Counted from the first letter of the stretch, positions 7,902 to 18,331 are shown. The stretch: DNA of 64,000 nucleotides from Polyangiales bacterium (GCA_044229975.1 JBGARZ010000001.1:384001-448000); one strand, 5' to 3'. A program made the numbers and translations. The notes: generated by a model from the letters alone, not told the origin.

Positions 7902-10256
7902 CTACCAACCCGGCGGCGGCGTCTCGACGGGCGCTCGGCGACGCATGCGCGCTCGCATCGCACCAAGGAGTGAGCGCATGCGGTGGAGCTCGATGGGTCG
8001 CCGCGCCGCGAGGTCGACTCGCTCAAGGGGATCGGCTGCGAGGTCGAACAACCGCGGCGCCTCGCCGCCGTACACCCGGATCTTCCAGCGACCGTCGATG
8101 AGCATGTAGACGGGTACCCGGGCGAACGCCTCGGCGGGGAGGTCGGCGTAGACCGGCCGCGGAGCCTGCTCGAACCCGAGCATCTCGGGAACGAGCGTAA
8201 CGCCCGAGAGGCCGTCCGCCGCGGCACGCTCGGGGCGTGCGACTCGCATGAGATCGAGGATCGTGGGCGCGAGGTCGATGAGGCTCCGGGGCGTTTCGAT
8301 CGTCCGAGGCGTGGCGCCGGGTATGTAGAACATGAGCGGGACGTGGACCTCCTGCTCCCAAAGGTCTCGGCCGTGATAGGCCGTGCCGTGTTCGTCGAAC
8401 GACTCGCCGTGGTCGGCGGACACGATCACGATCGTGCGCCGTCGGCGCTCTTCGGGCAGAGCGTCGACGGCGTCGATGACCCGGCCGACCTGTCGATCGG
8501 TCCACGCGACCTCCTGCCAGTAGCGCCCCATCGGCGGCGGCCCGAAGTCGCCGAACTCTGGGTGGGGCATGTACTCCTCGTGCGGGTCGAGGAAATGGGC
8601 CCAGACGAAGAAGCGATCGTCCGAGGCCCGCGGCCATTGCACGGCCTCGATGGCGCGACTGGCGACGCGGTCGTCGGACGTCTCACGCGGTGAGAACCGC
8701 GCCGGGATGAGGTCGGGGTGCGCGACGGCGAAGCCCTGCGTCAGCCCGGTCTGAGGACGAAACGTCACCGCGCTGGAGATGACGACACTATTCCATGAGG
8801 TGATTCCCACGTCCCTCAGTCGCTCGGCCAGGAACACGTTGGCGTTGCTGTATCGGTGCATCGTCTCCCGCGTTCGGAGCAGCTCGTCGGCGTGGCGCCC
8901 CGTCATCGTCGCGCCCAAGGAGCGAGCCGTGTACGTGGACGGCGCGTAGGCGCGGGTGAACACCACCGAGCGCTGCGCGAGACGGTCGAGGTTGGGCGAC
9001 ACCCGCAGGGGGTTTCCCGCGCGATGCAGGTCGGCGCGGAGGGAGTCCACCGTGAGGAGCACGATGTTGGGCGAAGCCGGAACCACGTCTTCGAGGCGCG
9101 CTCGAACGGCCGGCGTGAGGGGGTCGGGGGTGTCAAGCGCGCGGAGCGCCCCGAGGTCGAGGTCGTCGCCCGAGCAGTCCTCGTCACGGTGGTTGCCCGG
9201 AATCTCCAATGCCCCAGGGTAGACCGCAGGGTCGCGGTCGTCGCAGTCATGGCCACCAAACCAGGTGGCGTGACCGTCATGGTCACGGTCCATCACCCCC
9301 CGGGCGGCGCGAAGGGCATACTGCCGCGGACCCGGCGCGAGGGCGACGACTGACGGTGACGTGGCCCGGGCCGCCGCGACGAACGGCACGGTGGCCAACA
9401 ACAACAGGATCGCCGTGGCGGCGGGGCGACGCAGGGCTAGGAGGCTTGTCGGGAAGATGAGCGCGAGGGTCGCCCACAGGCCAACGAAGCCAGCGACATC
9501 AATGGACCGCGCCGCCTCGTGAACGACATCGAGCGGCGTCCACGCAACGACCCCGTGCGGGGCAAGGGAGAAGACGAGGTCTACTGCAAAGGTGGCGGCG
9601 ACCGTCGCGATGAGCCCGCCCAACCATGGGACCACGAAGATGCCCAACAGCCCCGATCGCGGACGGGCGCGGGACGCCCACAACGCCGCGAGCGAAGCGA
9701 ACCCGGCGGTTACGAGCAGCGAAGTCGAGAGCACCACGAGCACAGATACGAGCGAAGCGACCTCGGGCACGTGCAGTCGACGGAATGCCTCGGACACGAC
9801 GACCAGCGAGATGAGCGACGTCGCGCCGACGATCATCGGCAGCGCGAAGGCGGCGGCGGCGAACCCCCGACCGTGGCGCTGGAACCATGCCCGCGCGGGC
9901 TCGGCCGAGGGGAGCGAGACGGCGAAGGCGAGCGGCGCCAGGCCCACGCCGAGAGGAGAGCCGAGGCAGAACCCAAGTGCGGCGGCGTGCCACGCGGCGC
10001 TCAGGGGGTGGGACGCGCCCGGCATCGACGCAAGGGCAAAGGCGACCGCGCCGGACGCAGGGCCGGTCGCGACCATGGCCGCGGCGACACGCAGCGGATT
10101 CAATCGGCTCGAACGGTCGTGGAACTCTCCATTCGATATCACCGCGCGCACCGCCCGGAAGCCCGAAGCCGTGAAGCACCCAACCCGCCTGGTGCCATGG
10201 ACGACGGCGGGGCCCTCGCTCACGGCAGTCGTCGCTTGTGGGTTGAACTTCACCAT
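7902..10256 (-). CDS. Membrane-anchored sulfatase/alkaline-phosphatase superfamily protein (start uncertain, possibly 10076)
   Basis: N-terminal hydrophobic helices; DCDDRDPAVYPGALEIPGN..DEDCSG motif; PNIVLLTVDSLRAD, HFLDPHEEY, SADHGESFDEHG. Confidence 0.85.
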   Translation of the reverse strand: MVKFNPQATTAVSEGPAVVHGTRRVGCFTASGFRAVRAVISNGEFHDRSSRLNPLRVAAAMVATGPASGAVAFALASMPGASHPLSAAWHAAALGFCLGSPLGVGLAPLAFAVSLPSAEPARAWFQRHGRGFAAAAFALPMIVGATSLISLVVVSEAFRRLHVPEVASLVSVLVVLSTSLLVTAGFASLAALWASRARPRSGLLGIFVVPWLGGLIATVAATFAVDLVFSLAPHGVVAWTPLDVVHEAARSIDVAGFVGLWATLALIFPTSLLALRRPAATAILLLLATVPFVAAARATSPSVVALAPGPRQYALRAARGVMDRDHDGHATWFGGHDCDDRDPAVYPGALEIPGNHRDEDCSGDDLDLGALRALDTPDPLTPAVRARLEDVVPASPNIVLLTVDSLRADLHRAGNPLRVSPNLDRLAQRSVVFTRAYAPSTYTARSLGATMTGRHADELLRTRETMHRYSNANVFLAERLRDVGITSWNSVVISSAVTFRPQTGLTQGFAVAHPDLIPARFSPRETSDDRVASRAIEAVQWPRASDDRFFVWAHFLDPHEEYMPHPEFGDFGPPPMGRYWQEVAWTDRQVGRVIDAVDALPEERRRRTIVIVSADHGESFDEHGTAYHGRDLWEQEVHVPLMFYIPGATPRTIETPRSLIDLAPTILDLMRVARPERAAADGLSGVTLVPEMLGFEQAPRPVYADLPAEAFARVPVYMLIDGRWKIRVYGGEAPRLFDLAADPLERVDLAARRPIELHRMRSLLGAMRARMRRRAPVETPPPGW

Positions 10257-10798
10257 CGGGCCTGCGCCTCCTTTTGACTTCGATACCCACTGGACCGACC
10301 ACCACCCCCGGGGTCGATGACGAAAACCGTCAGATCATGCGACGCATCACGTCCGTGCCCTCGACGGCGGCGAGGCTGACGCCGCGGTGCGTGTCCCGCA
10401 CGGCAGACATCTTGTCCCTGGAAGATCGCAGTACCCTTCACGGCAGAGGGTCTTTGCAAGGTCAGGACAACTCCAAGACAAGGGATCCATGTTCTCAACT
10501 CTACCCCATTATTCCGCCTGCGCGGCGGCTGCCATGTGTGACATCGGCCGACACGATGTGCCTTGAAAGCCGCGCCTCCGACGCACTGTTTCAGACGGAC
10601 GCAGCGTCGTTACAAAGAAGGTGCCTATGTCGTGATTGGGATCATGAGTCGAATCACGGCGGGAGCCTCGCGGGGTGCCTCGAACACCCGAGGGTCGTCT
10701 GCCCGAACGCGTCGTCGGTCGGTTCAGTGTGCTCGCCCCGCGCGAGCGACGCGTCGACACGGCCGCCGACCGCGTGATAGGGCCCTGGGCCTACGGAA

Positions 10799-12304
10799 AT
10801 GAGCAGTGCCGACGTGCAGGCCGAGCGTCGGCAGACGATGTTCGCGCTCGTTGCGCTCGGCGCGCCGCTCCTCGGTCCCCTCATCCACGCCCTCCTGGCG
10901 CGCTCGCTCGGTCCCGCTGGGTACGGCCGCTACTCCTGGAACGTCGCCCTCATCGAGGCCGTCGCCATGGTGGGCATGCTCGGCACCGAGGTCGCGCTTC
11001 GCGGCGCCGTGGCCGAGGCTCACGGGAGCGGCGCGCCGGAGCGGCTACCCGCCATCGTGGGACCGACACTCCGGGTCGTGGCGCTGTGGGGAGGCGTTCT
11101 CGCGCTCGCGCAGGTGATGCTCGCCCCTGCCGTCGGACACTGGCAGCGCGACCCGGGGCTCGTCCCCTTCGTGCGAGGGCTCGCGCTGGTGCCGGTGGTC
11201 GCCAACGTCGTGACCGTCCTGATCGCAACGTCCCAGGCAACCGGCGCCGTCCTGCCCGGCGCGGTCATCCGCGGGCTCCTTCTCCCGACCTCGACGGCGC
11301 TGCTACTCACCGTCGCCCTCCTCGTGCGCCAGCCCCCGTGGGCGACCATCGCAGCGCTCGTCGCGGCGCATGCCCTCACCCTCGTAGCAGCTCTCGTCTC
11401 CTTCCAGCGCACCATCGGCCTGCGCCCGACCCTCTCGGCCTCACTGCGGGTCCCGCTGGAATGGGGGATGATCCGTCATGCGGCGACGCTGCTCGGCGCC
11501 ACGCTCTTCTGGATGGTGTCCGCGAAGGTGGATATCTTCGTGCTGGCCCGCTACGTCCCGGCAAAGAGCGTCGGCGTGTACGCCGTGGGGCTCTTCCTGG
11601 CCGGGTCCATCGGGGCGGTGCGCGGCGCGTTCGACCCGCTGGTCTGTGCGGTCATTCCCGCGGCCCTCGCGCGCAACGATGTCGCCGGCCTGGAGGCTAC
11701 CCTGCGCCGACAGACTCGCTGGCTCGCGCTCCTCGCGGCGCCCATCGTCGTCGTCCTGCTGGGTGCCGGCGCCTCGGCGCTGCGAGTGGTCTTCGGTCCG
11801 CTCGGTCCCACGGGGACCGCTTCGTTGATGGTCCTCACCTGCGGGCAGTTCATCGGGGGCATCGCCGTGGCATCGTGGATCGTCCCGCTCTCTGGTCGAC
11901 CCCGCTGGGTGCTGCTCACCGCTGCATCCACCGTGGCGGTGAAGGTGGCCCTGCTCGCCGCGCTCGTCCCCCGGTGGGGCGTCCTCGGAGCCGCCATCGC
12001 GACCACCGTCGGCACCGTGGTCGCCCAACACGGCCAGGCGCTAGGTGGCCGCGTGCTCACGGGCGTTCGCGCGTTCGAGGGCGTCCTCGTCTCCATCGGG
12101 GGGGTGATCGCGCTCGGTGCCCTCACCGCGCATGCGGTGCAGAGCCGCCTCACGGGAGTGACGCCGCCCCTCGTCTGCTTCGCGGTCGCGAGCCTCGCAG
12201 GGGTCGCCGTCGCAACGGCCGCCGCCGCCGTGGCCGTCTTCGACGCCGACGATCGGGCTCAGCTCCGCATCCTCGCCGCGCGCTTCACCCGGCGCGGCGC
12301 CTGA
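10799..12304 (+). CDS. Polysaccharide flippase (Wzx/MOP family)
   Basis: Highly hydrophobic multi-TM; LARSLGPAGYGRY, KVDIFVL..VGVYAV, LVPRWGVLGAAIAT. Confidence 0.85.
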   Translation: MSSADVQAERRQTMFALVALGAPLLGPLIHALLARSLGPAGYGRYSWNVALIEAVAMVGMLGTEVALRGAVAEAHGSGAPERLPAIVGPTLRVVALWGGVLALAQVMLAPAVGHWQRDPGLVPFVRGLALVPVVANVVTVLIATSQATGAVLPGAVIRGLLLPTSTALLLTVALLVRQPPWATIAALVAAHALTLVAALVSFQRTIGLRPTLSASLRVPLEWGMIRHAATLLGATLFWMVSAKVDIFVLARYVPAKSVGVYAVGLFLAGSIGAVRGAFDPLVCAVIPAALARNDVAGLEATLRRQTRWLALLAAPIVVVLLGAGASALRVVFGPLGPTGTASLMVLTCGQFIGGIAVASWIVPLSGRPRWVLLTAASTVAVKVALLAALVPRWGVLGAAIATTVGTVVAQHGQALGGRVLTGVRAFEGVLVSIGGVIALGALTAHAVQSRLTGVTPPLVCFAVASLAGVAVATAAAAVAVFDADDRAQLRILAARFTRRGA

Positions 12305-12306
12305 GC

Positions 12307-13353
12307 TCACTCCCGCAACCCCAGCCGCTCGCGCCGATACACGCCGCTGGTGATGCGCTCGCACCACGCCCGGTGCGCCAGGTACCACTGCACCGTCTCG
12401 CGCAGCGCCTCCTCGAAGCGCCGCGTCGGCCGCCACCCGAGCTCCGCCGCCGCGCGCGACGCGTCGACGGCGTACCGACGGTCGTGCCCCGGACGGTCGG
12501 CCACGAAGCGCATCAGCGAGCGCGTGTCCCCCCCGAGCTCGGGCCGCAGCTCGTCGACCAGATCACACAGCGCGTGAACCACCTGGAGGTTGGTGCGCTC
12601 GCCGCCACCACCGAGGTTGTACGTGCGCCCCGGCGTCCCCCGCCTCCACGCCGCGAGCAACCCGTCGCAGTGGTCGTCGACGTAGAGCCAGTCGCGCACG
12701 TTGCCGCCGTCGCCGTAGACGGGCAGCGGGCGGCGCTCCAGCGCGTTGAGCACCATCAGGGGAATGAGCTTCTCGGGAAACTGCCGCGGCCCGAGGTTGT
12801 TGGAGCAGTTGGTCGTCACCGTCGGGACGCCGTAGGTGTGGAAGTACGCGCGCACCAGATGATCGGCCGCCGCCTTCGACGCCGCGTACGGCGAGTTGGG
12901 CGCGTGCGGTGACTCCTCGGTGAAGCGCCCGCCCGCGCCGAGCGAGCCGTAGACCTCGTCGGTCGAGACATGCACGAAGCGGAAGCCCTCGCGCTCGGAG
13001 GGCGAGCGCTCGGTGAGCCACGCGCGGCAGGCTTCGAGGAGCTCGAAGGTTCCGAGCACGTTGGTCTCGACGAAGGTGCGCGGGCCGTCGATGGAGCGGT
13101 CGACGTGGGACTCGGCCGCGAGGTGCACCACCGCGGCGGGGCGGTGCTCGCGCAGGAGACGCAGCACGAGGGCCCGGTCGGCGATGTCACCGTGGACGAG
13201 GGAGTGGCGGGGGAGACCGTCGAGGCTGGCGGCGTCGCCCGCGTAGGTGAGCGCGTCGAGGGTGACCACCGAGACCGACGGGTCTGACAGCGCGCGGCGC
13301 ACGAAGGCCGATCCGATGAACCCGGCGCCGCCGGTGACGAGGAGCGTGGTCAC
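12307..13353 (-). CDS. rfbB: dTDP-glucose 4,6-dehydratase
   Basis: LVTGGAGFIGS, DALTYAG, HLAAESHVDRSI, HVSTDEVYG, YAASKA, DRPGHDRRYA; GTG start at 13353. Confidence 0.95.
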   Translation of the reverse strand: MTTLLVTGGAGFIGSAFVRRALSDPSVSVVTLDALTYAGDAASLDGLPRHSLVHGDIADRALVLRLLREHRPAAVVHLAAESHVDRSIDGPRTFVETNVLGTFELLEACRAWLTERSPSEREGFRFVHVSTDEVYGSLGAGGRFTEESPHAPNSPYAASKAAADHLVRAYFHTYGVPTVTTNCSNNLGPRQFPEKLIPLMVLNALERRPLPVYGDGGNVRDWLYVDDHCDGLLAAWRRGTPGRTYNLGGGGERTNLQVVHALCDLVDELRPELGGDTRSLMRFVADRPGHDRRYAVDASRAAAELGWRPTRRFEEALRETVQWYLAHRAWCERITSGVYRRERLGLRE

Positions 13354-13431
13354 AGCGTTGGTGAGCAGGGTTAGTATCGCAGCGCGCCCGGCACCACCAG
13401 ATGCGAGGCGGAAGGGACACGCCCGGAGCCA

Positions 13432-15204
13432 ATGCAAGCAGAGTGGTGGAGACGCACGACGGCCCTCGCGGGGGGACTTCTGCTCATCGCGTGCTTCGCG
13501 GGACTCGGGCAGACCATCGTCGGCACCGAGGTGGTCATTCGCGGGGGGCTCAACGACTTCAGCGCGGGCGAGCTCATGCGCCTGCTCGGATGGCTCGTGC
13601 TCGTCGTCCCTGGCGCGGCGCTCGTCGCGTGGGCGGTCGCGCCGTCGCTCGCTCCGACGGTGAGCCGCGTGGCCGCCCGCCTCGACGCCATGGACGACCG
13701 CGAGCGCGCCGCCGGGCTCGTGATGCTCTGGGTCATCGGCATGGTCGTCGCGCGCCTCGCCCGCGGCGTGCTGCTGCTCGACCGCCCCATCACCGACGAC
13801 GAACACAGCGTGCGCTTCGGCGCCCAGGTGCTGCTCACCGGGCAGTGCAGCGTTCCGTCGCCGGGGCCCACCGAGATCTTCCCGCAGCTCTTCCTCTTCA
13901 CCCGCGGCGGCCGCGTCGCGAGCTTCGACTTCCTCGGCCCGCAGCTCGTCTGGGTCGCCGAGTCGGCCGCCAACCTCAACGGCATCCTCATCGCCGCCCT
14001 CGGCGCGCTCCCGCTGCCCGCCCTCGCCTACGCCGTCGGCCGCCGCCGCACCGCCGCCTGGGGCCTCGCCGCGGCGCTGCTCTTCGTCGCCTCACCCACG
14101 GGCGCCCTCTTCTCCATCACCTCGCACGCCAACACCTTCTCGCGCGGGCTCATCGCGCTCTCGGCCGCGCTCGCGGTGTGGGCCGCTGGGAAGCCGTCGC
14201 TCACCCGCTGGATCGTCGCGGGGCTCTCCCTCGGCGCCGCGGGGCTGTGCCGACCCGTCGAGGTGTTCGTGCTCTCGGCGCCGCTCGCGGTGATGGCCGC
14301 CGTGCGCGCCGCCCGCGGGTCCCGCGACGACCGCGCCGCCCTCGCCGGTCTCCTCCTCGGCGTGCTGCCGTGGGTCGCGCTCTTCGCGCTGCACAACCGC
14401 TGCGTGACGGGCAACCCGCTGCTCCACGCGCGCTTCGCTCCCTCCGAGCTCGTCCACAACTGGAACCGCCCGCCTACCACCCGCCTCCAGAACTTCGGCG
14501 GCAACTTCGCCTACAACGTGTTGCTCCTCGGCGTGTGGTTTCTCGGCCCGCTGGGCCTGGCCCTCGTGGCCCTCGGTGCGGGGCGCGACAAGGTGCTCGC
14601 GGGTGTCGCGGCGGGCGTCGCGTTGGGGCTCGCCATCGCCGTCCTCCACCCCGACCCGGGCATCCACCTCATCGGTCCCATCCACTACGCCGACAGCACC
14701 GTCGCGCTCGCGCTGCTCGCCGTCGCGGGCCTCGCGCGGCTCGCGGACTCTCGCTACGCCCGCCTCGTCGACAAGCCACGCGCCGTCGCCACGCTCGCCG
14801 TCGCGGTGGGCCTCGCAGGCGCGGTGCTCACGGGCTGGACGGCCGCCACGCTCCAGAAGCACGCGGTCGCCGAAGAGGTGCTCGCCGCGCAGCTCGCGCC
14901 CGATCGACTGGGGCGCGCGGTGGTGCTCGTCCCGCCGCGGCGATGGATTCTGGAAGGGACGCCAGGCCTGCCCGGGGTGCCGTTCATGCGGGCGGTGGGT
15001 TCGCACGAGCGCGCGTGGCCGCCCAACGACCCGGCGCTGAGCAACCCGGTGCTGTTGCTGCACGACCTGCCGGGCGCCGACGAGCTCGCGCGGCGACGCT
15101 TCCCCGAGCGGCGGCTGTTGCGCTTGCAGCTCCTCGACCGACCGCCGTGGATGCGGATCGTTCAGGTCGCGCCGGGCCCTCCGGTGTCACCCGAACGACG
15201 TTGA
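13432..15204 (+). CDS. Polytopic membrane protein, probable GT-C (ArnT/PMT-like) glycosyltransferase
   Basis: Many TM helices; ITDDEHSV acidic motif in a loop following a TM helix; LCRP and HNRCVTGNPL motifs; located in polysaccharide locus. Confidence 0.6.
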   Translation: MQAEWWRRTTALAGGLLLIACFAGLGQTIVGTEVVIRGGLNDFSAGELMRLLGWLVLVVPGAALVAWAVAPSLAPTVSRVAARLDAMDDRERAAGLVMLWVIGMVVARLARGVLLLDRPITDDEHSVRFGAQVLLTGQCSVPSPGPTEIFPQLFLFTRGGRVASFDFLGPQLVWVAESAANLNGILIAALGALPLPALAYAVGRRRTAAWGLAAALLFVASPTGALFSITSHANTFSRGLIALSAALAVWAAGKPSLTRWIVAGLSLGAAGLCRPVEVFVLSAPLAVMAAVRAARGSRDDRAALAGLLLGVLPWVALFALHNRCVTGNPLLHARFAPSELVHNWNRPPTTRLQNFGGNFAYNVLLLGVWFLGPLGLALVALGAGRDKVLAGVAAGVALGLAIAVLHPDPGIHLIGPIHYADSTVALALLAVAGLARLADSRYARLVDKPRAVATLAVAVGLAGAVLTGWTAATLQKHAVAEEVLAAQLAPDRLGRAVVLVPPRRWILEGTPGLPGVPFMRAVGSHERAWPPNDPALSNPVLLLHDLPGADELARRRFPERRLLRLQLLDRPPWMRIVQVAPGPPVSPERR

Positions 15205-15315
15205 CAGGTGACGGCGGGCTGAGGCTCCCTTCCGACCGCGACGAGCGAGGGATCGACGAGGCGACGTTGGCCTCATCGCATCGATCTCCGATCGTCCAGA
15301 AGGAGCGACGAAGCC

Positions 15316-15768
15316 ATGTTCAGGCGGCGAGAGCGCAAGCGCGCGATGGAGCGACAGATCGAACTCACGGCGATGACCCTCCAGGGGTTCGTCGACGCGG
15401 GCATCCTCATGGCGGCGGCCGACGGCGAGATCACCACCGAGGAGTACGACCAGGTCGCAGACGTGATCTCCGGCTTCCTCGACGGGAAGGTCTCCAACCG
15501 GGACATCCGCGCCATCATCAACGAGGCCATCGAGATGCTGGAGGAGCAGGGCTACGACGCGCGCCTCGAAGCGCTCAACGCCAACCTGGTCACCGAAGAG
15601 CTGCGTGAGGTCGCCTTCCAGGTGGCCTGCGCGGTGCTCGTGGCCGACGGCGAGTACGGCGAGGACGACGAAGGCGAGGCCTACGACGACATCGCCGACG
15701 CGCTGGAGATTGATCAAGACCGCGCGCAGGAGCTCTTCGACGAGGTCGGCGCCATCTACGGCGACTAG
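15316..15768 (+). CDS. TerB-family protein
   Basis: Duplicated MAAADGEITTEE / VLVADGEYGEDDE motifs, acidic; AAGGAG RBS. Confidence 0.8.
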   Translation: MFRRRERKRAMERQIELTAMTLQGFVDAGILMAAADGEITTEEYDQVADVISGFLDGKVSNRDIRAIINEAIEMLEEQGYDARLEALNANLVTEELREVAFQVACAVLVADGEYGEDDEGEAYDDIADALEIDQDRAQELFDEVGAIYGD

Positions 15769-15820
15769 GCCCCCGCCACCGCCGCAGGAGTATAGAGAGA
15801 GCCGTAGGAGTTCTCATCTC

Positions 15821-17212
15821 GTGCGGCGGCCCTCCAACCTGTCTCTCGTCCTCGCCGCAGCCTCGCTCGCCGCGTGCGCGACCACCGCGCCCATCGAGCG
15901 GGCGGAGTCCGTCGCGCCTCACCTCCGAAACCCCGCGACCCACAGCGACCACGCGCCGACACAGGTGCATCCCCACGCGGCGCTCCCCGATCCGAGCGGG
16001 CGCGAGGAGGTCGAGCTGTCTTCGTTTCTCGCGTACGCCGACGCCCGCGCTCCGGTGTTGCAGGTCGCCCGCAGCACCCGCTCACGCGCCGCGGCCGCGC
16101 GCGTCGCCGCGAGCCCGTGGGCCCCGTCCAACCCCGAGGTGAGCCTCGCCGTCGGGCCACGCCTCGGCCTCACGGGCGTCGGCGTCGACGTGCAGGCGAG
16201 CGTCACCCAGCAGTTCTTCATCGGCGGCGAGCGAGGGCTGCGGCTCACGGCCGCCGAACGTCAGCGCGACCTCACCGACGCCGAGATCGAGCAGCTCCGC
16301 TGGGCCGTGCACTGCGACGTCCACGCGGCCTTCCACCGCGCCCTCGTGCAGCGCGACCGCGCCCTCCTCGCGGCGCGCATCCTGGCCTTCCAGGAAGACC
16401 TCCTGCGTATCGTCGAGCGGCAGATTCGCGCGGGCGAGACGGCCGGGCTCACGCTGCGTCTCACGCAGGCCGAGGTCGCCCAGGCGCGGCAGCTCACCGT
16501 CGCCGCGACGCAGGGCTACCTCAGCGCCCGCATCCAGCTCGCGCAGCTCTCGGGCTGGCCCGTCGCGCGTCCGCCGACGCCCGTCGGAGAGGTCGACGCC
16601 GCGCGCGAACCGCCCGCCCTCGACGTGCTGCTCACCACGGCGCGACAGCAGCTCCCGTCGCTCCGAACGCGCGACGCCGCCGTGCGCGAGGCCCAGGCGC
16701 GCGTGGCGGTGGCCGACCGGCAGTCGTGGCCCCAGCCCACCGTCGGACTCCAGTATCAGCGCGAGGGAAACCCCACCGCCGAGGGGCCGTACCACACCAT
16801 CCAGGGAGTGGTGTCGGTGCCCATCCCGAGCTTCCAGCGCAACCAGGGTGAGCGGGCCCGATCGCGCGCCGACGTGCGGGTCGCCGAGGCCGAGCTCGCC
16901 GCCGCGCTGTCGCTGCTCGAAGGTCAGGTGGCGCTCGCCCACAGCGAGGTCACCTCCGCGGCGCAGCGGCTGCGAAGCTACGGCACCGAGGTGCTGCCGC
17001 GCTTCGAGGAGAACCTCTCGCTGCTGCGAAGGTCGTTCGAGCTCGGGGAGATCGACGTGCTCGCCCTCTCCATCGGACGCGAGCGCTTCCTGCGCATCCA
17101 GAACGACGCGCTCGACGCGCAGCTCGATTACTTCGTCGCCCTCGCCAACCTCGAACGCACCGTCGGCGTCGACCTCTGGCCCGACGATCACAGCGCCGAA
17201 GGATCACCGTGA
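15821..17212 (+). CDS. czcC: TolC/CzcC-family outer membrane efflux lipoprotein
   Basis: Lipobox-like LAAC; VSVPIPSFQRNQG, SFELGEID motifs; first gene of CBA operon; AGGAG RBS before GTG 15821. Confidence 0.82.
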   Translation: MRRPSNLSLVLAAASLAACATTAPIERAESVAPHLRNPATHSDHAPTQVHPHAALPDPSGREEVELSSFLAYADARAPVLQVARSTRSRAAAARVAASPWAPSNPEVSLAVGPRLGLTGVGVDVQASVTQQFFIGGERGLRLTAAERQRDLTDAEIEQLRWAVHCDVHAAFHRALVQRDRALLAARILAFQEDLLRIVERQIRAGETAGLTLRLTQAEVAQARQLTVAATQGYLSARIQLAQLSGWPVARPPTPVGEVDAAREPPALDVLLTTARQQLPSLRTRDAAVREAQARVAVADRQSWPQPTVGLQYQREGNPTAEGPYHTIQGVVSVPIPSFQRNQGERARSRADVRVAEAELAAALSLLEGQVALAHSEVTSAAQRLRSYGTEVLPRFEENLSLLRRSFELGEIDVLALSIGRERFLRIQNDALDAQLDYFVALANLERTVGVDLWPDDHSAEGSP

Positions 17213-18330
17213 TGCGACTCCTCGCGCTGCTCTTCGTGCTCGTGGCCTGCCAGCGCGCGACGCCGCCAGCGACCGCCGAACCCGTCGCCGAAGCAGGCAC
17301 TCCCCACGAGGTGCGGCTCACCGCCGAGGCCATGCGGCTCGCGGGCGTTCGCACCGGGCAGGTCGAGCGACGCGCGCTCGGTGGAGGCGTGGCGCTGCCC
17401 GCGGAGGTGCAGTTCGAGCCGAGCAGCACGGCGCAGGTCGGGCCCTTGGTGTCGGGGCGCATCACCCGCGTCGCCGTCGCGCTCGGTCAGCGCGTGACCC
17501 GCAACGAGCTGCTCGGGGTCGTGGCCTCCAACGACGTCTCGGCGGCCCGCGCCCGCCTCGGTCAGGCCCGCGCCCGTCTCTCGGCGGCCGAGGCCACGCT
17601 CCGTCGGCAGCGCGCTCTCTCGACCGAGGGCATCGGCGCGCAGCGCTCGGTCATCGACGCCGAGGCCCTGGTCGGCGAGCTCCGCGCCGAGGTCGAAGGG
17701 ACCCAACGGCAGCTCGCGCTCTTCGGCTCGGGCACCGCGGGTGAGTTGCAGCTCCGCTCGCCCATCGACGGAGTGGTGGTCGCGGTGCAGGCCGCGCTGG
17801 GTGAGACCGCGAGCCCCGAACGGGCGGTCTTCGTGGTGACCGATCCGACGCGGGTGTGGGTGCGCGGTGATGTTCCCGAGCTGGAGATCGCGCGCGTCGC
17901 GGTGGGCACCGCGGCCGTCGTCCGCCTGCACGCCTTCCCCGACCTCGCCCTCGCCGGAACCATCGTCTACGTCGCCCCGGCCCTCGATGAGCGCACGCGA
18001 TCGCTCCCCATCCGCGTGTCGCTCACCACCCCGGACGCGCGCCTGCGCAGCGGCCTCTTCGGCAGCGTCGAGCTCGTCGGCGGGTCGCCCGATGAGCGGG
18101 TGCTGGTGGTTCCGGTCGATGCGGTCGCGACCATCGAGGGTCAGCCGACGGTGTTCGTCCCGGGGGCGACTCCGCTCACCTTCCGCCCGCAGGCGGTGGA
18201 GCTCGGTCGGCGGGCCGGCGGCTTCCACGAGCTGCGCGGCGGGCTCACGGAGGGCGCGACGCTCGCGGTGAGCGGGGCCTTCACGCTGAAGAGCGCGCTC
18301 CAGGGAGCCGAGCTCGGCGAGGCCGACTGA
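17209..18330 (+). CDS. czcB: RND periplasmic adaptor (CzcB-like)
   Basis: Lipobox LVAC; GPLVSGRI, LRSPIDGVV, LDERTR, LRSGLFG. Confidence 0.85.
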   Translation: MMRLLALLFVLVACQRATPPATAEPVAEAGTPHEVRLTAEAMRLAGVRTGQVERRALGGGVALPAEVQFEPSSTAQVGPLVSGRITRVAVALGQRVTRNELLGVVASNDVSAARARLGQARARLSAAEATLRRQRALSTEGIGAQRSVIDAEALVGELRAEVEGTQRQLALFGSGTAGELQLRSPIDGVVVAVQAALGETASPERAVFVVTDPTRVWVRGDVPELEIARVAVGTAAVVRLHAFPDLALAGTIVYVAPALDERTRSLPIRVSLTTPDARLRSGLFGSVELVGGSPDERVLVVPVDAVATIEGQPTVFVPGATPLTFRPQAVELGRRAGGFHELRGGLTEGATLAVSGAFTLKSALQGAELGEAD

Positions 18331-18331
18331 G

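Noticed and set aside
12307..13806. 499-aa extended RfbB
   Set aside because: The N-terminal extension overlaps the divergent membrane gene; the Rossmann motif starts right after GTG 13353
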